Notes under the pieces: model-generated
Seen by the model: only the letters and a program-made list of their open reading frames with translations
What the model was told of the DNA's origin: nothing
Database searches by the model: none
From: a virus
Taxonomy: Duplodnaviria > Caudoviricetes
Virus record (IMG/VR): IMGVR_UViG_3300001487_000119
Span: 140,229-204,228 of that record
Reading direction: 5' to 3' (one strand)
DNA length: 64,000 bases
Shown: positions 10,194 to 20,555 of the stretch, in pieces
Layout of the letters: every line of letters starts with the position of its first letter
How positions within the stretch are numbered: position 1 is the stretch's first letter
Translations under genes and position numbers: made by a program

Positions 10194-10931
10194 TTATAAA
10201 TTTATTACAGGACGAATATAAAAACCAGCATATTTATAACTAGAATGTATGTCAAATGAATATGGTTCTCTAAATAAATTAAATGTTAATGAATGTGCAC
10301 CCTTTTTAAATTGTGTTTCTTCATTTCTTGACCAAAAACCTCCAAAAAATCCTTGATAAGTACCGCCATTAAAACCGCATGCAGGTAAAAATAATTTATT
10401 ACCATTTATTTTACTAGTTAATTCTAAACCATTTAACCCATTAATATTATTATAATTTTTAACAGGTTTATTTTCTGTATATTTTAATAATTCTTCAAAC
10501 TATTCTTTAGTAGGCATATGGAAATAAAAATTAGCATAATGATGCATATTCTAATAAGCTGCATCATATTCAGGAGTTAATTCTGATAATTTAAGATTAA
10601 TTTTGTATGTCCCCTCTTTAAATACATTTTGTGTTTTGATTTTACCCCAAGCATATGGTTTTCCATACCAGTCTTCCGGAATAGAATTATTTGGATTTTT
10701 ATTTAATTTTTTATATTTTGTTCCTAAATTATATTTACACCATAGAGTTCCTGATGGAAGTCCCAAATCAACAACTTCCTGCATTAAATCAACATATTCT
10801 TTCATTCCACCCTGATATTTAACTTTACTATTAAATTGTCCTTGAAGTTCATTATCTTCAAAATCATCTAATGCAAATTTAATACCTCTATTAACAGCTT
10901 CTATTAGTTTATTATTCAAATTATATTTCAT
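10194..10931 (-). CDS. paralogue 4 of VDLGLPSG family, code 15, 245 aa
   Basis: continuous through 2 TAGs; ends GFYIRPV; ATAAATA upstream. Confidence 0.85.
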
Positions 10932-10952
10932 ATCAATATATTTATTTTAATT

Positions 10953-10980
10953 AAACTAATTAAGAATTTTTGAATAAAAT
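10953..10980 (+). promoter_or_regulatory. putative middle promoter AAACT-N17-TAAAAT
   Basis: motif upstream of 11011. Confidence 0.55.
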
Positions 10981-11010
10981 ATTAAAATAAAAATATATTA
11001 AAGTTATATT

Positions 11011-12078
11011 ATGAATTTTGAAAATGAATCATGGTCGCAATATCTGCCTGATAAATCATTAGAAGTTTGTCAAGATAATTTAAATGAATTTTATCAGACA
11101 ATGTTGGAACGTCAATTAATTTGGAAGAGACGTTTTATTGATAAAAAAGAACGTCCATGGACAACGGATGAATTTTTTAGAGATAGAAAATTCACTAATG
11201 TTTACCGTGTTCTTGACAAAAATTCAATGTGGGAAGTTGAAAATATTTTATTAGATGACACACTTGAATTAAAGAATTTGATTTGGAAACTTATGTTTTT
11301 CAGATTATTTAATAATCCGCCGACATTTACATATATTCCTGAAGCGAATAATAACAGTTTTTCTTTATTCGGCGATGAAGATGAAGAATCTGAATTTACT
11401 TCAGCTAAATGGAAAAACGGAATTCCTGATTATGATGAATATAATGCGGATGAATATCTTGCATATTTGAAACATCTGCGTTCTGTCGGAATTAATCCGT
11501 TTACTTCAGCATATCTTATATCGTCTGTTGGTGATCGTGACACACATTTTTGTAAAACAGTTTTACCGGATTTTCATAATAGAATAGATGAAATGATTGA
11601 ATTTTGCCAAAAAGCTAAATCTGCAGAAGAAATTTTCAAATATCTTAAAACATTTACGAATGTTGCAGATTTTATGGCATTTCAATTATTTAATGATTTA
11701 ACATATGTTGATAAATTTACAAAATACCATTTAATGAATGTTAATGAAAATTCAGCGACAACTATTGGTCCTGGTTCTGATTTAGGTTTACGTTTAATAT
11801 TTCCAAGTACCACAACTAATGAAGAAAAGTTAAATAAACTTGCAGAACTTCGTGATACTGCAGCTGATTGGTTTAACAAAAATGCATATGAACCATTTCC
11901 GTATTTGCATTTTAATAAAGAAACAAAACAATTTTATGTTTCTGATGAACCAAGTATTACATTAGGTGAGATTGAACAATGGCTATGTGAATATGCAAAA
12001 TATTTTAAAATGAAAATCGGTGAAGGAAAACAAAGAAATCATTTTGAACCAGTGACAACTGGATTTAAAACAGTATAA
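11011..12078 (+). CDS. aGPT-Pplase1 / amino acid:DNA transferase (thymidine hypermodification)
   Basis: ERQLIWKRR, PWTTD..F...KFTNVYR.LD, LMFFRLFN, GPGS..GL, EIEQWLCEYAKY. Confidence 0.8.
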   Translation: MNFENESWSQYLPDKSLEVCQDNLNEFYQTMLERQLIWKRRFIDKKERPWTTDEFFRDRKFTNVYRVLDKNSMWEVENILLDDTLELKNLIWKLMFFRLFNNPPTFTYIPEANNNSFSLFGDEDEESEFTSAKWKNGIPDYDEYNADEYLAYLKHLRSVGINPFTSAYLISSVGDRDTHFCKTVLPDFHNRIDEMIEFCQKAKSAEEIFKYLKTFTNVADFMAFQLFNDLTYVDKFTKYHLMNVNENSATTIGPGSDLGLRLIFPSTTTNEEKLNKLAELRDTAADWFNKNAYEPFPYLHFNKETKQFYVSDEPSITLGEIEQWLCEYAKYFKMKIGEGKQRNHFEPVTTGFKTV

Positions 12079-12087
12079 TTGTAATAT

Positions 12088-13998
12088 ATGAAAGAAAAAA
12101 CTAAAAGTATAGAAGAAAAGTATCAACAGGTTTCCGAGCTTGACCACATAATTTTGAGATCTGGCATGTATATTGGTTCAGTTCGTGAAGAATTAAAAAC
12201 TATGTTTGTATATGATATAGATGATGCTAAAATGATAATGTCTGAAATGTCATATACACCAGGTTTATTAAAACTTATTGATGAGATTATTTCCAATATT
12301 GCAGATGAATATCGTCGTAAAGACAATATGGGATTAACTAAAGCTGAGATTGAATTTACACGATCTGGACATTTTAGAATTAAAGACAATGGTGGAATCC
12401 CAGTAGTTAAACACAAAACGGCTGGAATGTATGTTCCAGAATTTATTTTCGGAACTCTTCGTTCAGGAGCGAATTATGATGATACTGAAGAACGTGATGG
12501 TATTGGAACAAATGGAATTGGTTCAAAGATAGTCGTGATTTTTTCTAAATATTTTTCAGTATATACTGCAGATAAAAAGAAATCATTATTTTGTTCATGG
12601 CAAGATAATATGAAAATAAAAAATAATGATTTAAAAGTTCAACCATCATGTGATCACTTTACTGAGTTTCAATTTGATATTGATTGGAGTAGATTTGAAG
12701 ATGTTAATGAAGTAACAGATAATTTTGCAACTATTATTGAAAAACGAATTATTGATTTATGTGCTGCAAATCCAGGATTATCTGCTAAATATATTTTTAA
12801 AGATGATAATGGAATAATTAGAAAATCTGAATGGAGTTTTAAATCATTTGAAGAATATATAGAACTTTATTCAGATTATATTGATCAAGAAAATTGTATA
12901 TCATTTAAAGATAAACAAAAACAAGTTTGGGTATATCCAGATGGCGGATTAAATATTGGTTTTGTTAATGGCGCTGAATGTTCTAAAGGAACTCATATCA
13001 AAGCTATTAGAGATGAAATTAATAAAGCAATTGCTACACAAATATTACAGAAAAATAAATTAGATGTTGGCCCTCGTAATGTTGATAACAAATATACAAT
13101 GTTCTGTATATATCACATTGCAAATCCGGCCTTTAATTCCCAAACTAAAGAGGAACTTACTACGCCAATTGAGAGATTCTCAATGGATCCAGATTATAAA
13201 TTTTCTATTCCTGATAAATTTATAAAAGAATGTTGCAAATCCGAAATAGTTAATATTGTTATTGATTGGTATAAACAAAAAGTAGAGGTTGAAGATCAAA
13301 AAACTTTACGCAAATTAAATAAGCAAGCAAAAACAAAGATTCGTAATTCTGATAAATTTATTGATGCAAATACGAAAGTTCGCAAAGACCGAGAATTATG
13401 GATATTTGAAGGAGATTCTGCACGAGCTGGATTTAGATCATCACGGAATCCGCAAACACAAGCTGCGTATATGCTTAGAGGAAAAATTCTGAATGTTATT
13501 GGATTAGGCCCGACTAAAGTTATGGCAAATCAAGAACTTAGTGATTTAATAACTATTATCGGTTTACAATGGGGTGAAAAAAATAAACCGGATGATTTGA
13601 ATTTTGGAAAGATTGTAATATGCACTGATGCAGATGCTGATGGACATGCGATCGCAGGTTTATTAATAAATTTCTTGAATTTGTTTCCAGAATTATTTGA
13701 AAATGGAATGGTTTGCAGAAGCATTTCACCGATTATAACAGCAGAAAAGGGAAATGATTTGAAAAAATTCTATAATTTAAGTGATTATAAAAAAGAAGAG
13801 TCAAAACTTAAAGGATATAAAATAACATATTTGAAAGGTTTAGGTACTCAAACCAACAAATTATATAAAGACATGATGCAGAATCCTATATTTCACTATT
13901 TTACTAAAGATGATATAGCAGATCTGAGTTTAAGATCATGGTTTGGTAAAGGTAATGCTTCTGAAAGAAAATCAATGTTAAAAGACGATGTCGAATAA
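12088..13998 (+). CDS. DNA topoisomerase II large subunit (GyrB / T4 gp39+60-like)
   Basis: GHKL motifs EIISN, DNGG, GTNGIG; TOPRIM EGDSA, RGKILN, TDADADG; YLKGLG. Confidence 0.95.
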   Translation: MKEKTKSIEEKYQQVSELDHIILRSGMYIGSVREELKTMFVYDIDDAKMIMSEMSYTPGLLKLIDEIISNIADEYRRKDNMGLTKAEIEFTRSGHFRIKDNGGIPVVKHKTAGMYVPEFIFGTLRSGANYDDTEERDGIGTNGIGSKIVVIFSKYFSVYTADKKKSLFCSWQDNMKIKNNDLKVQPSCDHFTEFQFDIDWSRFEDVNEVTDNFATIIEKRIIDLCAANPGLSAKYIFKDDNGIIRKSEWSFKSFEEYIELYSDYIDQENCISFKDKQKQVWVYPDGGLNIGFVNGAECSKGTHIKAIRDEINKAIATQILQKNKLDVGPRNVDNKYTMFCIYHIANPAFNSQTKEELTTPIERFSMDPDYKFSIPDKFIKECCKSEIVNIVIDWYKQKVEVEDQKTLRKLNKQAKTKIRNSDKFIDANTKVRKDRELWIFEGDSARAGFRSSRNPQTQAAYMLRGKILNVIGLGPTKVMANQELSDLITIIGLQWGEKNKPDDLNFGKIVICTDADADGHAIAGLLINFLNLFPELFENGMVCRSISPIITAEKGNDLKKFYNLSDYKKEESKLKGYKITYLKGLGTQTNKLYKDMMQNPIFHYFTKDDIADLSLRSWFGKGNASERKSMLKDDVE

Positions 13999-14023
13999 AT
14001 AATAAAATTTATTATTTAATATT

Positions 14024-14602
14024 ATGTTATTATATGATAAAATTATAAAAGCTATTAATAAAAGCGTATATAATGCATTAAATGAATATAATTATGCAAA
14101 TGCAGATCATGGACATGCAGGAAATGTTAATAACACATTAACTTTGGTGGATGCTATAAATAAAAAATACCCAGCTCATAAAGCTAGTAGGCTAACACCG
14201 GAATATCGAAAAACAACAGGGGAACATTGTAATTTAAAATTAAGAAGGGATGATGGTGTTTTAAGACGTGTATGGGTATAGCAACGTAAACCGACTAATA
14301 AATCTGGAAATATACAAGTTATTTTACAAAAATATGGTGAAGATGATATATCAATGCTAGAACGTCCAGATATAGATGAATTTTGTTTTGTTTGCATACC
14401 TAATCAAGGAGAAACTAATAATATTGATAATACAAAGGCGTGTTTTTTCGATAAAGACTATATTATAGATGCGATTAATAGTAATAAATTTAAAAATGAT
14501 ATTAAACTTAAACCTACTAGAGATGGTTTAACATTAACAGTTTCTGAACGATGGGCTAAACAATATGCAAAAGAAATTATTAAATACAAATACATAAAAT
14601 AA
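14024..14602 (+). CDS. hypothetical late protein with LY..I...ALNE leader, code 15, 192 aa
   Basis: 14024..14281 and 14354..14602 join through one TAG; ATAAATA upstream. Confidence 0.75.
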
Positions 14603-14641
14603 AAGAGAGTCGTTAAACTCTCTTTTATTTTTACATATAAT
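14601..14641 (+). promoter_or_regulatory. terminator hairpin overlapping middle promoter AAACT-N16-TATAAT
   Basis: AAAAGAGAGT/ACTCTCTTTT inverted repeat containing AAACT. Confidence 0.55.
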
Positions 14642-14664
14642 ATAAAAATTTAACATTGAAAATA

Positions 14665-15615
14665 ATGAAATTAATTCAACCAAGTTTTGAAATATTAGAT
14701 CAAGAATCAGGATTAAAAGGAGTTTATAAAGCAATAGAATATCCTGGCAGAATTTGTTATGGATCTACTGATAAAATGACAGAAGATTCAGCAGAACCAT
14801 TTGTTCATAAATTGGAAAAAGCTAATCACGGTGCACCGATGGAACATGGTGCGGTATATTTGCATATTACTAGAAATGTAGATATGGATGAGTGGTTAAG
14901 TCCTAGTTCAGAATACCGCAAATATGATGAATTGTTAAAATTTTATTCAAATAATAGGTATTCTAAAGTTAAAGAAATTTTATGTATTAATTTAAAAGAT
15001 CATTTATATATTTCAACAAATTATAGAGTTTTATTTGAAAACAATAGATTAGAAGACTTGAAATATCTATGCGAACCAACAAAATATCATCAAAAACGAA
15101 TAACTGTCAAATTTATTTGTAATATTGGTGTATCACGAGAATTTAATAGGCATCGTGCAGATTCTATTAATGAAGAATCAACAAGATACTGCAATTATTC
15201 TAAAGACAAATACGGAAATGAAATAAATGTTATTACCAACAATAATAAATTTGGTAATAGAATAGAAGAATTAGAAAAGAAAAACAGAGCAGAAGATATT
15301 AAAGCATATTGTTTACAAATACTTAAGGGAGAAGATTCTGAATTTTCTGATATTGATTATTGGTTATTTGCTAATATGGCATCAGAATATTCATATATGG
15401 GGTTGACACAGAAGTGCGGGTGGCTTGCACAAGATGCAAGAGATATATTGCCAATTGATACCAAAACAATATTGATCCATAGTGCGTTTATTGATGATTG
15501 GAAGCATTTCTTTTCATTACGGGCTATTGGAACAACAGGAGCACCACATCCACAAGCAAAAGAATTGGCGATGCCTTTAATGGAAGAATTTAAAAAACTA
15601 AAATTAATTGATTAA
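14665..15615 (+). CDS. thyX: FAD-dependent thymidylate synthase
   Basis: SREFNRHR...SINEESTRY, AQDARDILP, HPQA. Confidence 0.92.
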   Translation: MKLIQPSFEILDQESGLKGVYKAIEYPGRICYGSTDKMTEDSAEPFVHKLEKANHGAPMEHGAVYLHITRNVDMDEWLSPSSEYRKYDELLKFYSNNRYSKVKEILCINLKDHLYISTNYRVLFENNRLEDLKYLCEPTKYHQKRITVKFICNIGVSREFNRHRADSINEESTRYCNYSKDKYGNEINVITNNNKFGNRIEELEKKNRAEDIKAYCLQILKGEDSEFSDIDYWLFANMASEYSYMGLTQKCGWLAQDARDILPIDTKTILIHSAFIDDWKHFFSLRAIGTTGAPHPQAKELAMPLMEEFKKLKLID

Positions 15616-15621
15616 AAACAT

Positions 15622-15921
15622 ATGGAAAAAATTAATGTAAATAATTATCCACAATATAGAATTGATAACGAATATGAAACATGGCGAACTGATAAACAAT
15701 ATTGGATTGAAAAATATAATGAAATTATAAATGCGTTTAAATTTAGATGTGCAGATGATAAAGCACTGGCAGATTTAAGATATAAATTGCATAAATGGCA
15801 AGCATATGTAAATACGATATTTGATATTCATAATTGTGATGTTATTACTATGTCATTCGATCTTAATGATAATACACTAAATATCCATATGAATGAAGAA
15901 CTTCAAAAATTATTTGATTAA
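15622..15921 (+). CDS. hypothetical protein
   Basis: operonic ORF. Confidence 0.7.
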   Translation: MEKINVNNYPQYRIDNEYETWRTDKQYWIEKYNEIINAFKFRCADDKALADLRYKLHKWQAYVNTIFDIHNCDVITMSFDLNDNTLNIHMNEELQKLFD

Positions 15922-15923
15922 TT

Positions 15924-16385
15924 ATGAAAATTTTAGATCAATATGAGTATCATAAGTTTCTTAAAATAAAGAGAAAATATTATAAAAGACATTGTGTAAA
16001 AAGAATAGATCATTTTAATGGTAAGCAATTTGTTTCTTATTGGGAAAAAGATGATTGGATTGGTTATATAGTGCCTTCTTTTTTAGCGTATTCAACTGAT
16101 AAACGTATTTCAAAAGAAATTAAATTATTAATTGGAGAAGATGATTACAATGAAACATTAGAAAGGGTAAAATTCTTATATAATACCGGTTTTTCTGAAA
16201 AAATAAAATTTCATGTAAAAAATTATCAAAATATTACAAGAGAAATTAATGGATATTTTGCTGGAGTTATAATAACAAATCGAGATGCATATTATTTAGT
16301 AAATACTGAAAAATATTCTAAAGATATAAAAGACTATGCTTTAATTCCGATGTTTTGGCATGCTGAAAAAATAAATGAAAATTAA
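15924..16385 (+). CDS. hypothetical protein
   Basis: operonic ORF. Confidence 0.7.
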   Translation: MKILDQYEYHKFLKIKRKYYKRHCVKRIDHFNGKQFVSYWEKDDWIGYIVPSFLAYSTDKRISKEIKLLIGEDDYNETLERVKFLYNTGFSEKIKFHVKNYQNITREINGYFAGVIITNRDAYYLVNTEKYSKDIKDYALIPMFWHAEKINEN

Positions 16386-16716
16386 TATGAAACCAGAATT
16401 TAAAAGAAACTATAATTTTTCAACGGATTATGAAAAGTTATTTGATTTATTGACACAAGGATATGCAATAGTTTGTTATGTTACATGGGTTTTTAGTCAT
16501 TATGATAATGGTGAACTAATGATGGCAACCGATGTGTGTGAAGCAAAATATTTTGACGAAGGTCCAAAATACACAAGATATCAAGTGAGTTGCAGAGGAA
16601 CAGAATTTTTTAGTGCGGTAATATATCAAGAAAAACTATATAATAAAACTATAAAAGAGATTTTTATAGAAAATTGTAAAGATTATGAATTAAAATTTAT
16701 AGAACCAAAATTATGA
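16375..16716 (+). CDS. hypothetical protein
   Basis: overlapping operonic ORF. Confidence 0.7.
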   Translation: MKINMKPEFKRNYNFSTDYEKLFDLLTQGYAIVCYVTWVFSHYDNGELMMATDVCEAKYFDEGPKYTRYQVSCRGTEFFSAVIYQEKLYNKTIKEIFIENCKDYELKFIEPKL

Positions 16717-17111
16717 GTATAAAAATGACAACAGTGCTTTATAAAGCAGGAACCACATTATATGATGGAAATACAATAATAGACTCATCTTTAATGAAAC
16801 AAATGGTTGATGATTTTAATGAACACTATAAAAATGATCAGTTTAATCATTATCACTATGGAACATTTAGCGGCAAATCATTTCCAGTTATTAACATTGA
16901 AGATATAACACATAAAATTAATAATGTTTATATTAAAGATGATTGCATTATGGCAGATATTAATATTTTAGATACTCCTAAAGGGAAATTTGTTCAAAAA
17001 TTATTAGAATATGATAATGTAAAGCCATCATTAGATTTAATTAAGCATGATGGAAAAATCGATATTCATTCTGTAAGTTTAAATGTAAATAACAAAAATT
17101 ATGAAAAATGA
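16713..17111 (+). CDS. degenerate prohead-protease-like protein
   Basis: ITHKI...ADINILDTPKGK resembles T4 gp21; no SSRG motif. Confidence 0.45.
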   Translation: MSIKMTTVLYKAGTTLYDGNTIIDSSLMKQMVDDFNEHYKNDQFNHYHYGTFSGKSFPVINIEDITHKINNVYIKDDCIMADINILDTPKGKFVQKLLEYDNVKPSLDLIKHDGKIDIHSVSLNVNNKNYEK

Positions 17112-17406
17112 AATTGAAAAATATAAAAGAATATTTAAAGATGAATTCAATAAATTTGTTTGTAATAAAACCATAAGCGATTTTAAGTTGAATTTTGATA
17201 ATGATGTAGATGAAAATGGTATGTTAACAGTAGATGTGCAAATTAGTTTAAATTCGCCTGTAAGACATTATACAATAAATAAATCTGATTTTCCTGAAAT
17301 GACACATGAAGAATTCATTAAAATGTGTAATGATATAAAAGATGAAATTATTAATAATATTCAAAATGAATTAGAAAAAGAATATGAGAAAGAAGAAACT
17401 TTATGA
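17101..17406 (+). CDS. hypothetical protein
   Basis: operonic ORF. Confidence 0.7.
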   Translation: MKNEIEKYKRIFKDEFNKFVCNKTISDFKLNFDNDVDENGMLTVDVQISLNSPVRHYTINKSDFPEMTHEEFIKMCNDIKDEIINNIQNELEKEYEKEETL

Positions 17407-17683
17407 TAAACAACAATATAAAGATCAAATTTGGAAAATTTATGATGATGATTCTGAAGAATTAATTTGGGAAAATTCTTGGCGAGATACATATTGGTAT
17501 GAAGATAATAATCCAGATTCTGAATATAATAAAATGATGGAACTTGAACAGGAAACAGACTTTTTTCATAAATGGGAAGAATTAGATTGGTGGTTTGAAC
17601 ATAGAACGATTCAAAGAGACATATATGGTGAAGAAAGATTTATTAAATATAGATCTTTATTAGATGAATTTATAAACACATAA
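17384..17683 (+). CDS. hypothetical acidic Trp-rich protein
   Basis: operonic ORF. Confidence 0.65.
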   Translation: MRKKKLYDKQQYKDQIWKIYDDDSEELIWENSWRDTYWYEDNNPDSEYNKMMELEQETDFFHKWEELDWWFEHRTIQRDIYGEERFIKYRSLLDEFINT

Positions 17684-17747
17684 GAGGAATACAAACAATT
17701 CCTCCTTTTTATTATAAAATATTTGATAAAATATATTTAGATATAAT

Positions 17748-19163
17748 ATGCCTATTAAAAGAAAATTAAATAATTTAGATGCGAGTTATAAAGTAAATAC
17801 AGGAAATAAAATAACTAGAACTATTACAGATTTTTTGAATACTGAATATCGAGAGTTTTCAAATTACGTTATCGAGACTAGGGCTTTGCCCGCATTGGAC
17901 GGTCTCAAGGTCGGCGCTCGCAAAGCATTATATTCTGCATTTACCGGAGGATTAAAAGATGGTTCTGAAAAGAAAATGTTGAACCTCATTGGTGATGTTT
18001 ATAATAAAACTTTATTTGCTCACGGTGATGCTGGTCTTTTGTCTAGTATTCATACTCTTGGTTCTGAATATTCTGACAATTTGAATCCGCTTGAAATAGT
18101 TGGCCAACATGGAAATCTTAGAGATAATTCTAAAGCAGCCGCACGTTATCTTTATTGCAAGTTGTCTAAATATGCAAAATTGATTTATAAAGTTGATGAA
18201 GATTTATTAGAATATGTTTTTGATGAAGGCGAATTTCTAGAGCCGACCCATTATTTGCCAATTATTCCACTTAATTTAACTTCTAGGAATGAAGGAATTG
18301 CGCCTGGTTATAAGTTTTCATCATTCTCATATAATCCTATAGATATTATAGATGCGTGTTCAGAGGTGATTAAAAATGGCCAAATAAAGACAACCATCAG
18401 ACCGTATGTCAGAGGAATCAAGCAAGATAATTTCAGATATGATAAAGAATCAGGGCGTTGGTATAATGTCGGTGAATGGACAATTGATGAAAAGAATGAT
18501 ATTCTTAGAATAACAGATCTTCCATATGATGTGACATTTGATAAATTTGAAAAGAAACTCAATTCATATATTGAAACGGGTTATATTAAAGATTGGAAGA
18601 ACTTTTCTCAGGATGACAAATTAGACTATAGGATATTATTCAATAAATCTAAATTAGCTAGAGAAGCCCAGCCTGACAAAAAGGAACAAATGTTAAAGAA
18701 GTTTATGCTTCAAACAAATATTCCCAATGATTTACTATATGTTCTAGATGAGAATAAAAAAGTTAAGCATTTCTTAACTAAAGAAGATTTGTTAATATAC
18801 TTTGTTAATTTGCGTCTTCAGAAGTATAATGATAGAAAAGATAGATTAGTTAGTGTAAAAGAAAAACAATTAGAGGATAATACTAATCTTTGTAAATTTA
18901 TTGAATTAGTCACTTCTGGTAAACTGAAAATCAATAACAGAAAAATTGCAGATGTGAAAAAAGAAATGGATGAATACAAACTTCCGCATACTTTATTAGC
19001 AGTTCAGATTAGCAAATTAACTCAAGAAGAAAAAGAAGAAATTCTCAAAAAGAATAAAGAGATAGAACAAGAACTTGAATATATTAAGAATACTACAATA
19101 GAACAAATGTATCTTGATGATTTAAAGAATTTAAGAAAAGAATTATTAAAAGATTTTCAATGA
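17748..19163 (+). CDS. DNA topoisomerase II medium subunit (GyrA / T4 gp52-like)
   Basis: RALPALDGLK, HGD, AAARY active-site Tyr; AAACA-N17-TAAAAT upstream at 17693. Confidence 0.95.
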   Translation: MPIKRKLNNLDASYKVNTGNKITRTITDFLNTEYREFSNYVIETRALPALDGLKVGARKALYSAFTGGLKDGSEKKMLNLIGDVYNKTLFAHGDAGLLSSIHTLGSEYSDNLNPLEIVGQHGNLRDNSKAAARYLYCKLSKYAKLIYKVDEDLLEYVFDEGEFLEPTHYLPIIPLNLTSRNEGIAPGYKFSSFSYNPIDIIDACSEVIKNGQIKTTIRPYVRGIKQDNFRYDKESGRWYNVGEWTIDEKNDILRITDLPYDVTFDKFEKKLNSYIETGYIKDWKNFSQDDKLDYRILFNKSKLAREAQPDKKEQMLKKFMLQTNIPNDLLYVLDENKKVKHFLTKEDLLIYFVNLRLQKYNDRKDRLVSVKEKQLEDNTNLCKFIELVTSGKLKINNRKIADVKKEMDEYKLPHTLLAVQISKLTQEEKEEILKKNKEIEQELEYIKNTTIEQMYLDDLKNLRKELLKDFQ

Positions 19164-19294
19164 AAAAGAAGAAATTATCAAAAGGCGAAAAATGGAAAAT
19201 CTGTGAAACCTGCGGTGATTATGAATATTGTGCAGGAAATTATGGAACAGATAAATGCACTGGATATATTCCTGGAAATAATATATGGGATTAA
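19160..19294 (+). CDS. small Cys-rich protein (44 aa)
   Basis: ATGA overlap with topoisomerase stop; CETC...C...C. Confidence 0.5.
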   Translation: MKKKKLSKGEKWKICETCGDYEYCAGNYGTDKCTGYIPGNNIWD

Positions 19295-19314
19295 CAAAAA
19301 TAATTTTTGTAATT

Positions 19315-20190
19315 ATGACAAAACAAATATTTGAAGAATTATCAATATCAGACGAAATAAAATCAGAAGCTGAAAATTTAGCAAAAGTTATATTAATGGA
19401 TTCTAAAATAAAAGCAGAAATTATTAAAAAGAATGGATTTGATAATGTATTAAAAAATGAATTTATTATTAAATTATTTGGTGTTAATTATAATATAATT
19501 TATTACATATATAGCATTAATAATATTTCAGAGTTTGATATTAAATTATTTAAAAATCTTATATCAATAATAAAAAATAATGAAAATGAAATAATATTAA
19601 ATCTTTTATTTGTTTCTAATAATCCAGATAATGAATATTTTTATAGTTCAATTTATCATGAATTAACTCATGTATATCAATATATTAAATCTAAAAATAA
19701 TGTTTTAAAAAATGCAAAAACAAAAAATTTGTATAACTTTATTAAAGATATTAAAAATAATAGTCAATCCGAATTAGATATATTATTTACAAATGCCATA
19801 TATGCATGTTTTGATTTTGAACAAGATGCTTTACTTCATGAAACATATTGCGAATATATGAAATCTTATCAAATATATCAACTTAATTTTGATATAAAAG
19901 ATTCTAATGCATATAGATTTATAGAAGACCTAAGAAATGCAATTGATAATATAGATAAATTAGATGAAAAAGTATTTAAAAATTCACAAGATTTTTATTT
20001 AATTTTATTCACTAAAAAACTTAAAAGATTTGAAACTAAATTTGGAAAGCTTATAACAAAAATCAAAAAAGATTTTTATGAAAATCATTTAAATGAGGGA
20101 TTGCTGCCTGGAAATTTTAGAGCAATTTCATTAATAATAAAAGATGACAGTGATGAAATTAAGAAATATGTGGATGATGAAATATTTTGA
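19315..20190 (+). CDS. HExxH putative zinc metallopeptidase
   Basis: IYHELTHVYQ with downstream EQDA. Confidence 0.6.
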   Translation: MTKQIFEELSISDEIKSEAENLAKVILMDSKIKAEIIKKNGFDNVLKNEFIIKLFGVNYNIIYYIYSINNISEFDIKLFKNLISIIKNNENEIILNLLFVSNNPDNEYFYSSIYHELTHVYQYIKSKNNVLKNAKTKNLYNFIKDIKNNSQSELDILFTNAIYACFDFEQDALLHETYCEYMKSYQIYQLNFDIKDSNAYRFIEDLRNAIDNIDKLDEKVFKNSQDFYLILFTKKLKRFETKFGKLITKIKKDFYENHLNEGLLPGNFRAISLIIKDDSDEIKKYVDDEIF

Positions 20191-20218
20191 AAAAAGGTTC
20201 TCTTAATTGAGAACCTTT
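20191..20218. terminator. bidirectional terminator
   Basis: AAAGGTTCTC-TTAATT-GAGAACCTTT. Confidence 0.7.
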
Positions 20219-20225
20219 AATTTGT

Positions 20226-20510
20226 TTATTTACGTATTTTTGTAATTTCGTCATCAAGACCAATATCATAATATCCAGTTACAGTACCTGTCAAATCCCA
20301 TATAAATACCCCGTCTGCAGTAGCCATTAAAGAATTTGCGCCTTGAAATACATGCATAAGGGAATACCTTGTTTGATGCACTGGACCATTAATGTTTCCA
20401 TAATTTTTATTATCCTCCTCTATACGTAAAAGATAATAGCCTGGATGTGCATTAATATTTGCTAAAAAATTTTTATCTCGTGGACTGAGTTTACAATTCA
20501 AAAAATTCAT
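20226..20510 (-). CDS. hypothetical protein
   Basis: 94-aa ORF. Confidence 0.7.
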   Translation of the reverse strand: MNFLNCKLSPRDKNFLANINAHPGYYLLRIEEDNKNYGNINGPVHQTRYSLMHVFQGANSLMATADGVFIWDLTGTVTGYYDIGLDDEITKIRK

Positions 20511-20555
20511 AATTATACATAATTTATTATTTTTATAATATTTTGAAAAGGATAC

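Noticed and set aside
12088-13998. T4 gene 60-type translational bypass or intron in topoisomerase
   Set aside because: ATPase and TOPRIM regions form one continuous ORF
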